DNA of 51,129 nt from a virus (IMGVR_UViG_3300020045_014710:1-51129), one strand, 5' to 3'. Numbered from the stretch's first letter, positions 37,998 through 48,789 are shown. Notes: generated by a model not told the origin, from the sequence alone. A program made the numbers and translations.

Positions 37998-38371
37998 GTA
38001 TCGAATTAAAATTACAAGAAAGTCGAAGAAAATCTATTCCTGATTTAGTGGCGAAGTATCAAAAATTAGTAGATAATATTTTTGATGCAGTTACAAAAGA
38101 CTTGCCTGAATTTAAAGATTTTCAAAGAGGCGATGAAGATAGTGGTGATGCTATAATGATTACTGCAGAACAGCAAATGTTTGCTTTTATCAATGTTAGA
38201 AATAACGCTTTGGATAATGCAAATAACATGCTGATCAAAATAAACCTACTCGAAATGGAATTAAATGCTCCGGAAATGTTTGAAGCAATTTCAAAAGCAA
38301 CTACAGAACCAGAAGCCGAAAAAACAGGAACTAATCCAGCCAAAAGACAAGCTCAAAAGAGACAAATATAA
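37994..38371 (+). CDS. Putative terminase small subunit
   Basis: Helical 125 aa protein immediately before terL. Confidence 0.5.
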   Translation: MSIELKLQESRRKSIPDLVAKYQKLVDNIFDAVTKDLPEFKDFQRGDEDSGDAIMITAEQQMFAFINVRNNALDNANNMLIKINLLEMELNAPEMFEAISKATTEPEAEKTGTNPAKRQAQKRQI

Positions 38372-40576
38372 ATGATATTTTACCTAGGAGATAAAGTCGA
38401 TAACGTAACGGACAATAAAGTTCGTCTAGCCAAAAACAAGGCCAAGTCTTGGGAATATGGTTATGACGCTTCTATTGACACCGTTATTATATCTAAAGAT
38501 GGAACTCTTGGGGAAATTTACAGCGTTAGCGGAATCAACATTGGTTTTCCGGAAGTTCCTACAAAGGACAATATTTTAAATCACGATAAAACGGCAGCCA
38601 ATCAAAAGTTCAAACGGGAAGAAATGCCTGCAGGACTTACGGAAGCTACCATGCATAATACTAAATATTCGGATTATATAGATCGCGAATACGAGCGTAG
38701 AGAAAAAGGAGTTTGGGCCTACATAAAAGGAATTCCAGTTTACATTACCGGTACGTATTATTACGGTATCCAATGGATTCGTGAAGAAAAAGAGTTTCCT
38801 GATTTCAGGGTGATCCAAAACGAATTAATGATTTTCTGGGAAGCCTGCAAAGCAGATAACAGATGCTACGGAATGCAGTACGTAAAAAACAGACGTATTG
38901 GCGCTTCGTACTTGGCCGTGGTAGAATTGCTGGAAGCAGGAACCATTAACGAAGATAAATTGTTAGGAATTGTTTCTAAAAAAGGAGACGATTCCAAGAA
39001 AATTTTCAATCGATTAATCAAAGGATTTAAGCGTTTACCTTGTTTCTTTCAGCCGTTGTGGGATGGTACCAATACGCCTAAAAAAGAATTGGTTCTTGAC
39101 GTTCCTACCAAAAGAAGAGCCAAAAACGAAGTCATTAATGAAGACGGTTTAGGATCTGTAATCTCTTGGCACAACACAGAGATCAACGCGATGGATGGGG
39201 ATGCAATCTTTCGTTCGTTGCTGGATGAATCAGGTAAATATCCTAAAGACGTTCCTTTTGATAAATACTGGTATATCGTAAAAACTTCTCATACGAAAGG
39301 GGTAAACATTACAGGAAAATCAATGGTAGTTTCTACGGTAAATGCCAAAAGCAAAGGTGGTGCCGAATATGAAAAAATATGGAAAGACAGCGATGTAAAC
39401 GAACGAAACGCCAACGGACAAACAAAATCTGGATTGTATCGCATTTTTATTGCTGCTAAATATTGCTTAGAAGGAAAGTTTGATGAATACGGTTTTACTA
39501 TAGTCGAAGATCAAGAACATGAAGTAATGACTGACATTGGAGTAAAAACCCGTGTTGGATCCGTAACGCACTTAAAAAACGTTGAGGAAGCTTTAAAAAA
39601 TGATCCTGAAGAACTCAATGAACAAAAACGCCAGTTCCCGGATACCGTTCGCGATGCATTCCGTGATGAAGCTACGGACTGTTCATTCAATTTAATAAAA
39701 ATTACCGAAGGAATCGATCACAATGAATTCGATATGCTTCCGGATGAAGTGGAGCGAGGAAATTTTTCTTGGGTAGATGGGAAACAAGATACGGAAGTAA
39801 AATGGAATGAAGATCCAAACGGCAGGTTTTGGATTGCCAAAGGTTGTCACCCAGCTCCAGAATACCGTAACAAAAAAGAAATGAAATTCATAAACGGAGT
39901 TTCAGCTTGGGCACCTACGGCTTTAAATATAGGTTGTTTTGGAGTCGATCCATACAATACCACAAAATCAGCAGATGGCAGGGGTTCCCGTGGAGCAGTG
40001 CATTTAAGCACAAAACTCAACACGAGCAACCTTCCCAACAATGCTTTTATCTTAGAATACTTAGACCGCGCACCAAAAATAGAAATGTTTTTTGAAGATG
40101 TTTTAATGGCTATGGTGTATTTCTCTATGCCAATGCTTTGCGAGTTATCAAACTACCAGTTTCTTACAATGATTCGGGATCGTGGGTACCGTCACTTCAG
40201 TATGAATAATCCATTCAAAAACTTTGTTGATTTAGGTCCTAACGAAAAAGAATTTGGTGGTTGTCCGGCACAAAACGTAAAAATTGGCGATGCTCAGTTT
40301 TACGCAATCCAAACCTATATCGAAGATTATGTAGGCGTTGCCAGAGAAGACATAAACAGACTCAAAGGAACCATAGGATTTATGCCGTTCACCAGAACTT
40401 TAATGCAATGGAAAGAAGTCGATCCTAACCAAAGAACAAAATTTGATGCATATATCAGCTCTTCTTTATCGCTTTTGGGAAATCAAAAAATAGAAGTGGC
40501 GGCACCCAAAACCAGACGAAGAGGAAATCCTTTTCAGAAATACAACAACACAGGCAATTTATCAACAGCAAAATAG
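38372..40576 (+). CDS. terL: Terminase large subunit
   Basis: KNRRIGAS (Walker A variant), LLDESGK (Walker B), VVST, FGVDPY nuclease, TKFDA. Confidence 0.92.
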   Translation: MIFYLGDKVDNVTDNKVRLAKNKAKSWEYGYDASIDTVIISKDGTLGEIYSVSGINIGFPEVPTKDNILNHDKTAANQKFKREEMPAGLTEATMHNTKYSDYIDREYERREKGVWAYIKGIPVYITGTYYYGIQWIREEKEFPDFRVIQNELMIFWEACKADNRCYGMQYVKNRRIGASYLAVVELLEAGTINEDKLLGIVSKKGDDSKKIFNRLIKGFKRLPCFFQPLWDGTNTPKKELVLDVPTKRRAKNEVINEDGLGSVISWHNTEINAMDGDAIFRSLLDESGKYPKDVPFDKYWYIVKTSHTKGVNITGKSMVVSTVNAKSKGGAEYEKIWKDSDVNERNANGQTKSGLYRIFIAAKYCLEGKFDEYGFTIVEDQEHEVMTDIGVKTRVGSVTHLKNVEEALKNDPEELNEQKRQFPDTVRDAFRDEATDCSFNLIKITEGIDHNEFDMLPDEVERGNFSWVDGKQDTEVKWNEDPNGRFWIAKGCHPAPEYRNKKEMKFINGVSAWAPTALNIGCFGVDPYNTTKSADGRGSRGAVHLSTKLNTSNLPNNAFILEYLDRAPKIEMFFEDVLMAMVYFSMPMLCELSNYQFLTMIRDRGYRHFSMNNPFKNFVDLGPNEKEFGGCPAQNVKIGDAQFYAIQTYIEDYVGVAREDINRLKGTIGFMPFTRTLMQWKEVDPNQRTKFDAYISSSLSLLGNQKIEVAAPKTRRRGNPFQKYNNTGNLSTAK

Positions 40577-40582
40577 TAAACC

Positions 40583-42994
40583 ATGAGTACAAAAAACACA
40601 CACAAAATCCCTGATCCGTTAGCTCCTGATGCTATAAAAGAAGATCCTTCTTATGGTTTACAAATGGCCCACTTTATAGAAAGTGAATGGTTCAATGGCG
40701 GTATTGAGTCCAAAGGAAGCCAATTTATGACGCGTGGAAAATGGATCGAAGAAAAACGACTGTTTGTTCGTGCCGAATCGGATTCCAGCGATGATAAAAA
40801 TTTGTTGTCCAGGAATACCGGTGATTTAGATTATATCAATCTGGATTGGTCGCAATTGAATATTTCACAAAAATTCTGCCGAATCGTTTCTAACGGTATT
40901 CAGGACAAATATTACAATCTGGACATTAGAGCTTTTGACGCAATTTCTGTAAAATTAAAACAAGATCGCGTTAATTTATTCAAAACAGCAATGTACGCTA
41001 AACCGATGCTTGAAAAAGCAAAAGAAGTTTTGGGTATTGATTTGGTACCAAAAGGTTTTGTTCCTGAAGATGAAGACGAATTGAATTTGTATATGGAAAT
41101 CAAAGACCGTCCACGAATTGAAATTGCCGAAGAAATAATGATTGATTACGTCAAGAAAACAAATGACTGGAATACAATCGAAAGAGAAAAAAACAAAGAT
41201 TTAGTCGAAATAGGAATTGCAGTTGCCCGCGTTTATACCGATAAAAATGACGGTGTAAAAGTGCAAATTGTAGATCCAGAAAGCTACGGACATAGCTACA
41301 TTAAGAAAAACAATTTTGATGATGCTTTTTATCATTTTTATGTAGATACCATAAGTATTAATGATATCAAGCGAGAAAGTGGTTTTGAAGATACTGTTTT
41401 AAGGCGTATTGCCAAGAAACAATCGGCTGCCAATAATATGCTTTTCAACGAAAATTTTGAAGAGTGTTCTATGGAAAGTTTGCTGGACATGAGAATTCAC
41501 GTCATGCGTTTTACATTCAAATCAGCCAAAAGAATCACCTATAAAAAAACCATCAATAAAAAAGGCCAAGTTACTAAAGTCAGCAAAAGAGACGATAGTT
41601 TCAATCCTCCAATGACAGAATTAAAATCCTCAAAAATTTTGGATACTTGGTACGAAGGAAATTATGTGGTAGGAGCCGATGAAATTTACGGATACCAAGA
41701 ATGTGAAAACTTAGTTCGTGACGACATGAATAAAGCAAAATCACCTTTTGTAGTGATTGCCACCAATATTTATAAAAATAGATTGCATTCGTTCTTGGGT
41801 GATATTCAGCCAATGTGTAAACAATTGCAACGCGAACACTTGAAAATTCAACAATTAGTTGCCGAGTTAAAACCAGATTTAACCCAAATCGACTTGGACA
41901 GCCTTGCTGATTTAGGCCCTGAAGGAGAAGAAGGAGGCGACAAAAAAGAGAATTGGCAAATGGCGTTGAATCTCTTGAATACCAAAGGGGTTGTTATCAC
42001 CCAGCGAACGGATATGGGTGAACTTGGAATGAAAGAAGGCGCAGGCGCAAGACCTATTTCTAGTCAGCAAGGTAGCGCATTGGCACCGCTATTGAATACT
42101 TGGGCGCATTACTATAACCTGATCCGTGATGTAACCGGTGTAAATCCTGCCCGTGATGGTTCACTTCCTGCAGATGCATTGTTAGGCGTAAACGAAATGG
42201 CACAATTAGCCAGCAATACCGCTACGCAACATATTGTAGATGCCGCCACTGATTTTAATAAAAGAGTCGCTGAACTGATCTCTTCCAGAATTCATTCTAT
42301 TTTCAAGCATGATAAATCAGGCTATTTAAAAAGAATTTACGAAAATGCCGTAGGAAAACACAATATCGAAGCGCTGGAAGCATTAGCAGATCGTAGCTTG
42401 CATGAATTTGGTTTTTCTGTAGAAATGGTTCCGGCACAAAAAGAAATGCAGGAATTCGCAGCAGATCTAGGGATTGCTATGCAAGAAGGGACTATTGATG
42501 TAGAAGACAAAATTGAAGCGCAACGCATCGCAAGAACTAATATCAAGTTGGCACACGAATACTTAAAATACCGAAGAAGAAAACGCATCAAGCAACGCAT
42601 GGAAGAGCAGTCTATTATGGCGCAAGAGAAAAGCCAAAACGATATGGCTTCCGCAAAAGCAGCAGTTGAAGCAAAAACGCAATCTTACGGAATGCAAAGA
42701 CAAATTGATATTGATGCCGAAGCTAAACTATCAGCAATCCGTTTGAATGAATTGCAACAAAAGAAGATCATTGAAGCGCCAGGAGAGCAAAAAGAATTTG
42801 AACAAGAAGTGTATCTGGAGCAAATGAAAATTGCCAATACCATGAATTTGAATAAATACAAGGAAGATGCCAAAGATAAAAGGCAAGATGTGGCCGCTTC
42901 TCAAAATTCTGAAATGATTACGCAAAGGAAAGACGGTTCCGCGCCAATAGATTTCAAGGAAGAGTTTGATATTACTAAATTATTTTCTAATTAG
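40583..42994 (+). CDS. Portal protein
   Basis: 803 aa after terL; YINLDW..ISQKF and IRDVTGVN.ARDGS motifs of Bacteroidota podovirus-like portals. Confidence 0.85.
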   Translation: MSTKNTHKIPDPLAPDAIKEDPSYGLQMAHFIESEWFNGGIESKGSQFMTRGKWIEEKRLFVRAESDSSDDKNLLSRNTGDLDYINLDWSQLNISQKFCRIVSNGIQDKYYNLDIRAFDAISVKLKQDRVNLFKTAMYAKPMLEKAKEVLGIDLVPKGFVPEDEDELNLYMEIKDRPRIEIAEEIMIDYVKKTNDWNTIEREKNKDLVEIGIAVARVYTDKNDGVKVQIVDPESYGHSYIKKNNFDDAFYHFYVDTISINDIKRESGFEDTVLRRIAKKQSAANNMLFNENFEECSMESLLDMRIHVMRFTFKSAKRITYKKTINKKGQVTKVSKRDDSFNPPMTELKSSKILDTWYEGNYVVGADEIYGYQECENLVRDDMNKAKSPFVVIATNIYKNRLHSFLGDIQPMCKQLQREHLKIQQLVAELKPDLTQIDLDSLADLGPEGEEGGDKKENWQMALNLLNTKGVVITQRTDMGELGMKEGAGARPISSQQGSALAPLLNTWAHYYNLIRDVTGVNPARDGSLPADALLGVNEMAQLASNTATQHIVDAATDFNKRVAELISSRIHSIFKHDKSGYLKRIYENAVGKHNIEALEALADRSLHEFGFSVEMVPAQKEMQEFAADLGIAMQEGTIDVEDKIEAQRIARTNIKLAHEYLKYRRRKRIKQRMEEQSIMAQEKSQNDMASAKAAVEAKTQSYGMQRQIDIDAEAKLSAIRLNELQQKKIIEAPGEQKEFEQEVYLEQMKIANTMNLNKYKEDAKDKRQDVAASQNSEMITQRKDGSAPIDFKEEFDITKLFSN

Positions 42995-43070
42995 TATAAA
43001 TTATTTGTATCAATAATATAAATTTTGATTATGTTTGTATTCACTAAATGTTTAACCAAATATTAAAACA

Positions 43071-43388
43071 ATGAAAAAATTATTTTTAATGACGTTTTTA
43101 CTTTGTTTTGTGTTTTCATCTTTTGCGGCCTTAGCGGTCCCCAAGGTGTATCCAGAAAAGCATAAAACAGAAAAGATTTCCTTTGAAGCTACGGCTCCTG
43201 TAGAAATCAAAAAAGTATTGTTTAATGAAACTGTAGTTGCTGTTTATCAGGAACATCGAAAGCAGGAAAAATTAAACACTACTTTAGTTGCTGATTTTAT
43301 AATCACCCATCGGTTTACGTATAATTATAGTTATCCCTGGTGCCGAAATCAAAAAGATGTGGTTTGGCTTATCGATATTTATAAATAA
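43071..43388 (+). CDS. Secreted hypothetical protein (moron-like)
   Basis: Signal peptide; own promoter TATGTTTG at 43030-43037 and own terminator. Confidence 0.6.
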   Translation: MKKLFLMTFLLCFVFSSFAALAVPKVYPEKHKTEKISFEATAPVEIKKVLFNETVVAVYQEHRKQEKLNTTLVADFIITHRFTYNYSYPWCRNQKDVVWLIDIYK

Positions 43389-43410
43389 AACACATCAAGA
43401 AACACTATAT

Positions 43411-43446
43411 AAAAAAGAGCTGGACTTAAAATCCGGCTCTTTTTTT
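43411..43446 (+). terminator. Intrinsic terminator
   Basis: AAAAAAGAGCTGGA..TCCGGCTCTTTTTT. Confidence 0.8.
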
Positions 43447-43555
43447 GTTTAATAGAATTATTTTTAGTATAAATAAATTATATTATTAGTAAAATATTTG
43501 TATATTATAAATTTTATCTATTACTTTGCTGTAATCATAACGAAAAACTATTATT

Positions 43556-44698
43556 ATGGCATTTGGTATCAACAAAGAAATGGAATCAGCATTAGAGAAT
43601 ACTGCTACTGAAGAAGCTACAGCAACTCAAACGGCTACTGCCGAAACAACTGCTACAACTACTGAGGAATCCACAGAAACAACTACCGAAGCCACAACCG
43701 CTGCTACTGAAACAGCAACAGAACAAAACACAGCTACCGAAACACAAGAAGTAGCCTTGAATGATGATCAAGTCCGTTCTTATTTTAAAGCAAAAGGAAG
43801 AGAAGTAGAAAATCTTGATGAATTGTTTACTGAAAAAGTAAAAGAAGTAAATCCGTACGAAGGAATCAACCCGGAGCTTAAAGCGATTTTAGATTATAAT
43901 AAAGAAACCGGTAGAGGTTTATCAGACTACCAAAAATTACAACAAAATATAGATGAAATTCCTGTTCTGGATTTGGCCGTAGCCAAAGCAAAAGAAGAAA
44001 CCGGAATGGATTTATCTGCTGAGGATGCACAAGCTTACATTGAAGATGTACTTGGAATTGATTTATCTGACATTGATGATTTAAGTTCAGTCGATAAAAT
44101 AAAACTGAACAAGTTTGTAAAAGAATACAAAGCGGAACTTAAAATTGCGCAAGAAAAATACAAAGCGCCATTAGCTGCAGATAATGTTTCCGGAAAGGAA
44201 ATGATTACGCTAGCCGATGGACAACAAGTTGAAAAAACAATCTTTGACGAACATCAAAGAACAAGACAAGCTTATATTGAAGAAATGAAAGTAGCGGTGG
44301 ACAGTGTCGCCAAAACCTCTTTAAGTATGGAGTTTGATAATAACGGTAAGAAAGAAGTTTCTACCTACGATTACGAGCATGACAAAGACGACAAGAAAAA
44401 CATGTTGGCATTATCAGAAGACGTAGATCAGACCGTAGCTAAATTATTTCGTACCGAAAAAGGATTTAACCACGAAGGCTTCGCAAAAGCTGTTTGGCGT
44501 TTAGATCCTAAAAACTGGGAAAAAGAAGTAAGTGCAATCGTGAATAAGGCTGTTGCCGAAAACACAGAGCGTTTGCTACAAAATGAAAACAATATCGATT
44601 ACAGTAGAAACCAAATTGCCACGGGTAATACCGGTTCTGCTAAGAAAGATATTTTTCAAAAACCAAGGGGATTTGGAGTACAATTCGATATTAAATAA
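43556..44698 (+). CDS. Putative capsid scaffolding protein
   Basis: Acidic, T/E/A low-complexity N-terminus; between portal and capsid. Confidence 0.7.
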   Translation: MAFGINKEMESALENTATEEATATQTATAETTATTTEESTETTTEATTAATETATEQNTATETQEVALNDDQVRSYFKAKGREVENLDELFTEKVKEVNPYEGINPELKAILDYNKETGRGLSDYQKLQQNIDEIPVLDLAVAKAKEETGMDLSAEDAQAYIEDVLGIDLSDIDDLSSVDKIKLNKFVKEYKAELKIAQEKYKAPLAADNVSGKEMITLADGQQVEKTIFDEHQRTRQAYIEEMKVAVDSVAKTSLSMEFDNNGKKEVSTYDYEHDKDDKKNMLALSEDVDQTVAKLFRTEKGFNHEGFAKAVWRLDPKNWEKEVSAIVNKAVAENTERLLQNENNIDYSRNQIATGNTGSAKKDIFQKPRGFGVQFDIK

Positions 44699-44718
44699 AC
44701 TCTTAATCTAAAAAAATC

Positions 44719-46068
44719 ATGGCTTTCGAATTAACCGACAACAATTTATTGGGTGCGGCTGTCATTGACAGACCTGCTAACGCCATTAAATCTTCCGCTA
44801 CTTTCATTGATCCTTACGATTACGCAATGGTGTACCAACCAGAATTAGTTTCAAAATTTCACATGAGATTTGGAAAAGGTTCTATCCTTGGTTTCACTCG
44901 TATGACAGGTTCAGAAGGTACTTATGCATCTGACCAAATCCAACACGGAGAACAAAACAGATTGCATACTATTTCTAAAAACGTTGCCGTTGCCGGAAAT
45001 GTTTTTACAAGTCCAACCGATCACCAATTGCGTATTGATGATGTAATCCGTATTTCTGACGGTACTAATGAAGATCAGGCAATTGTTACGGCAGTTTCTA
45101 CTTCTAAAATCTTTACCGCATTGAGTGATACTGCTGCATCGTTTGCGTTTGCAGGAAATGTTACTTTGTTTAGCTCTTCTAACCGTTTTGCTAAAGGAAC
45201 AGAGAACTTTACACAAGGTTTCCATTGGGATCCAACTATCTACAAAAACTACACGCATATCCTTAAAGGATTTTATGACATCAATGACTCTGACAGAGCG
45301 CATGATACGTGGTTGCAAACTCCGGATGGTCCAATGTGGTATAACTACGAAATGGCAAATAACTCTCGTTATTTTGACAACTTGGCTGAGTTAACACACT
45401 TGTTCCACAATAGAGCTGCTGATGGAGCCGCATCTACTACTGCAGGTAAAACGCGTGGTATGAAAGGTATCATCCAGCAAATTGAGGAAAGAGGTAATGT
45501 TGCAAACGAATACATCGAGACAATCGAGGATTTGGCTGACATTGCTTACAGAATCAAACAGCAAGGTGGTTGTACTAGTTATACAATCTATGCGGATCAC
45601 ATGCAAATGTTCAAGTTCAACACAATGTTGGGTGGCGTGAATGCAGGATTTGTAAACGGTGCTAACTACGGTGTTTTCAATAACAGTAAAGAAATGGCGC
45701 TTGCGTTAGATTTTCAAAGTGTTTCTATCTTAGGAATTACTTTCTTTATTACTGCATTGAGAGTATTGGATGATCCACAGTTCTTAGGTGCTGAACACTT
45801 TAAAACAACTGCTCCAGCATTCATCATGGTGCCTGCAGGATTTAAATCAGTAGTTGAAGATGGTGCAACAATGGACAAGGCATACCTTTCTATTCGTTAC
45901 AGAAAATCTCAGGCTACTGATAGAAAAAAACAAGTAAAACTTTTTGGTCCTGGATTCACAGAACACAAGAAAGATACTATGGAAGCGCACTTTACACAAG
46001 AGCAATTGAACCAAATAGTTAGTGCAAATGAATACTTTGTAGGAAGACGTAACATTGCTTACGCCTAA
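44719..46068 (+). CDS. Major capsid protein
   Basis: 449 aa; EQNRLH, G..G.IQQIEERGN and ALALDF; followed by a terminator. Confidence 0.85.
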   Translation: MAFELTDNNLLGAAVIDRPANAIKSSATFIDPYDYAMVYQPELVSKFHMRFGKGSILGFTRMTGSEGTYASDQIQHGEQNRLHTISKNVAVAGNVFTSPTDHQLRIDDVIRISDGTNEDQAIVTAVSTSKIFTALSDTAASFAFAGNVTLFSSSNRFAKGTENFTQGFHWDPTIYKNYTHILKGFYDINDSDRAHDTWLQTPDGPMWYNYEMANNSRYFDNLAELTHLFHNRAADGAASTTAGKTRGMKGIIQQIEERGNVANEYIETIEDLADIAYRIKQQGGCTSYTIYADHMQMFKFNTMLGGVNAGFVNGANYGVFNNSKEMALALDFQSVSILGITFFITALRVLDDPQFLGAEHFKTTAPAFIMVPAGFKSVVEDGATMDKAYLSIRYRKSQATDRKKQVKLFGPGFTEHKKDTMEAHFTQEQLNQIVSANEYFVGRRNIAYA

Positions 46069-46077
46069 AAATTAATA

Positions 46078-46112
46078 ACAGGAGTGTTGTAATGACACTC
46101 CTGTATTTTTTT
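46078..46112 (+). terminator. Terminator after capsid gene
   Basis: ACAGGAGTGTT..GACACTCCTGT followed by a T run. Confidence 0.75.
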
Positions 46113-46130
46113 AACTTAATTTTAAAAATT

Positions 46131-47162
46131 ATGAATGTTTACAAATTAAAAAATGGGAAAACTTCCGGATCGTATCAATTGCCAATCAGAACTGAAATGG
46201 TTGCAAAGTTGGTTGAAGGAGAGAAAAGATTAAAAAAGATACAATATATCAAAGGATCAAACAGTATTTTTGTAGAAGATTACCAAGGAGACGAAAAGCC
46301 AGAACCAGTTTGGTTTGAAGATGGCGAAATCAGAGTTTCGGAAGAAAACTGGGTGCTAAACGAATTATTACAAAAACACTCTTGGTTTAACAAACATTAC
46401 GTTTTAGTAAACGAAGAAGCAACTGCAGAAGCTGAGGTAAATGAATTTGAAATTCTTACTAAAGCATCAAACTCTATCATCACTGAGCAAGATGAATACA
46501 AATTGCAAGCAATGGCTATGATCGTTGTTTCTATGGATGCTGCTAACTGGGGTGCTTTCAAATGTAAAACAGAGCTGTTGAAATATGCCAAGAACCACAG
46601 CAAAATATTATTAGCTGAAATGGCAAAACCAGATTACGAAAGTCGTCTTATTGCTGCTTTATCTTTTAATAAAGAAATTGTAAAATACAATGCTCATAGA
46701 ACGGCTGTTGTATGGAACGATGGTAAAGAGGGTAAAATTGTAATCGTTGCTGAAGGAGAAAACGGAATTGATAAATTAGGAGAATTTTTATCAAAACAAA
46801 ATGAAACTTCAACCGCAGTATTGCAAAGAATAGGCGAAAAAACGGAAACTGCCGGATCAATTGTTAAAGAAGCTCCAGTTGTTGTTAATACAAAAACAGA
46901 AGCGGAAATTCGCGAAGAGATCAGAGCTGAAATGGAGTTGAAATACGCGCCAAAAACAGGAGAAAAAACAGAAGGCAATATTGATGTTGCAAAACAAGAA
47001 ACTCCTGCTGTAGAAGTTAAAAAAGAAGGCGCTACTGAATTATCTGACTTAGAAAAACTAAGAGAAGAATATGTAGCCGTTACCGGAAAAGAATTATCTC
47101 CAAGATTCATGAACGATGAAGAATGGATCAAGAAAAAAATAGCAGAGCATAAAGCTCTATAA
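46131..47162 (+). CDS. Hypothetical capsid-adjacent protein (start re-called to ATG 46131)
   Basis: IQYIKG.NSIFVED...WFEDG; the track start lies inside the terminator. Confidence 0.75.
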   Translation: MNVYKLKNGKTSGSYQLPIRTEMVAKLVEGEKRLKKIQYIKGSNSIFVEDYQGDEKPEPVWFEDGEIRVSEENWVLNELLQKHSWFNKHYVLVNEEATAEAEVNEFEILTKASNSIITEQDEYKLQAMAMIVVSMDAANWGAFKCKTELLKYAKNHSKILLAEMAKPDYESRLIAALSFNKEIVKYNAHRTAVVWNDGKEGKIVIVAEGENGIDKLGEFLSKQNETSTAVLQRIGEKTETAGSIVKEAPVVVNTKTEAEIREEIRAEMELKYAPKTGEKTEGNIDVAKQETPAVEVKKEGATELSDLEKLREEYVAVTGKELSPRFMNDEEWIKKKIAEHKAL

Positions 47163-47200
47163 AATACCATTTTCGTTTGGTTTGACTTTTCCCAGTCATG

Positions 47201-47229
47201 AAGAAGCCTGCTGTTGAGCAGGCTTTTTC
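47201..47229. terminator. Bidirectional terminator between the capsid module and the integron-like operon
   Basis: AAGCCTGCT-GTTG-AGCAGGCTTTTT. Confidence 0.8.
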
Positions 47230-47232
47230 TAT

Positions 47233-47394
47233 TTAATAAACTGTTTTATCAGTGGTTTTAAAAATATGTTTGTGTAAGGATTTTAATATCGCTACTGCCG
47301 CTTCGTAGGTTGTTGCAGTTATTGTTTCTTGATCGAAGTCTTTTTGATTCGCTCCGTTGTAATAATACCAGTATTCTATTGTGAATTGTTGCAT
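47233..47394 (-). CDS. Small hypothetical protein (53 aa, not in track)
   Basis: MQQFTIEYWYYYNG...DKTVY*; abuts the upstream stop. Confidence 0.6.
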   Translation of the reverse strand: MQQFTIEYWYYYNGANQKDFDQETITATTYEAAVAILKSLHKHIFKTTDKTVY

Positions 47395-47922
47395 CTATTG
47401 TAGCTGTCTTAAAAATTCACCTTTTTTAATTTTGTTAGCCATATCACGCACTCTGATTAATTTCTTATAATCTTCTCTAGAAAGTTCTGGAGCTTCTTTA
47501 CCTGGACGATCTACTTCCAGATCATTAGCCTGAATAAATGCCGAACTAAAAAAATCTAATTCCTCATTGAACAAACGTTGATAAAAATCATTTTTGGCTT
47601 CAATTTCAATGTAATTTGAAACTGAACAAGAAATCATATAGTTCCCATTTAAACCATTTTGTTTTTGCATCTTATTAGGAAATGGACCATATACTTTTAT
47701 TTCATAGTTTACTTTTTTTACAATTTGGTACCATAATTTCCAATCATTTTCTGAAATAGTAAAAAAATAATCCTCTTGTTTTTCTCCTTCAATTTCTTCA
47801 ATAGTCAAATTATGTTTTTTTAGTAAATCAGTAAGCATTTTTTCAGCGTTGATTTTCTCTCCACCAATTCCTTTGTCAGAGAGTGCTTTTAATTTTTTGG
47901 CTAATTCTATATGTTTACTCAT
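47395..47922 (-). CDS. DUF2786-like protein
   Basis: KKLKALS..G.GGEK.NA..ML..LLKKHNL N-terminus. Confidence 0.65.
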   Translation of the reverse strand: MSKHIELAKKLKALSDKGIGGEKINAEKMLTDLLKKHNLTIEEIEGEKQEDYFFTISENDWKLWYQIVKKVNYEIKVYGPFPNKMQKQNGLNGNYMISCSVSNYIEIEAKNDFYQRLFNEELDFFSSAFIQANDLEVDRPGKEAPELSREDYKKLIRVRDMANKIKKGEFLRQLQ

Positions 47923-47925
47923 GGG

Positions 47926-48759
47926 TTACATTTTAATATTATTTAAAGGAGATTTTATTTTACTTATTAAGCTATCCGAAGTATGAACATAAACCATCGT
48001 AGTTGATACTTTTTTATGTCCCGCTAATTTTTGTACTAAATTAATATCTGTCCCGTTTTCAACCATGTGAGTAAAGCAGTTATGACGCATTTGATGTGTC
48101 CACACTCTTTTTTTTACTCCTGCTTTATTACCTAATTGTTTTATTACTTGCCCTACACTTCCCTTGCTGTATTTATCTGAGAATTGTCCAGACAAAATAT
48201 AATCTTTAGTTTTATAACAATTCCAGTATTTTTCTAAAAGAGGAATTAAAGAAGGGTCTAACATAACCTGTCTGTCTCTTTTTCCTTTTCCTTGTATTAC
48301 ATTTATGATGTTCCTGCTCCGGTCTATATTTTGCCATCTTAAATTTATTAACTCCGTAACGCGCAATCCACAAGAATATAATAAAGCCAAAATAGTTTTG
48401 TGTTTTAAATTTTCGCATACGTCAAACATTTTTTGCACTTCATCTTGACTTAAAACGATTGGCAATTTTTGTTCTGATCTGGGATATTCAATGTGTTTAA
48501 ATTTTAACGGTTGTTTTCCAGTGAATTTATAAAACAACTTAACGGCAGAAATTCTATGCTTTCTACCATTAATTGAATTGGCTAATAGCAGCCATTCTTT
48601 AATTTGTTTTTCTGAAATCTCCGAAGGTTTAGTAGCTACTTTATTAAAGTGTTCCAAAAAACATTTCACCTGACTACAATAATTCAAAATAGTATTTTCA
48701 GCGTAGTTTTTTAGCTTTAAATCTTCGGAATACAATTCCACATACTTTCCGATGTTCAT
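47926..48759 (-). CDS. IntI-like tyrosine recombinase (277 aa) lacking the IntI-specific insertion
   Basis: KLPIVLSQDEV, LLYSCGLRVTE, GKGKRDRQVML, HQMRH, LAGH...TTMVY; all catalytic residues R-K-H-R-H-Y present. Confidence 0.9.
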   Translation of the reverse strand: MNIGKYVELYSEDLKLKNYAENTILNYCSQVKCFLEHFNKVATKPSEISEKQIKEWLLLANSINGRKHRISAVKLFYKFTGKQPLKFKHIEYPRSEQKLPIVLSQDEVQKMFDVCENLKHKTILALLYSCGLRVTELINLRWQNIDRSRNIINVIQGKGKRDRQVMLDPSLIPLLEKYWNCYKTKDYILSGQFSDKYSKGSVGQVIKQLGNKAGVKKRVWTHQMRHNCFTHMVENGTDINLVQKLAGHKKVSTTMVYVHTSDSLISKIKSPLNNIKM

Positions 48760-48789
48760 AGTGTGAGGTGTTAGTTTTATTAGTATTTA

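Noticed and set aside
43590-43750. Tandem-repeat-like ACT/GAA-rich tract
   Set aside because: It is low-complexity T/E/A coding sequence in the scaffold protein N-terminus.
38372-46068. Stop-codon recoding or introns/inteins as seen in some Bacteroidota phages
   Set aside because: Terminase, portal and capsid are uninterrupted and of plausible length in the standard code.
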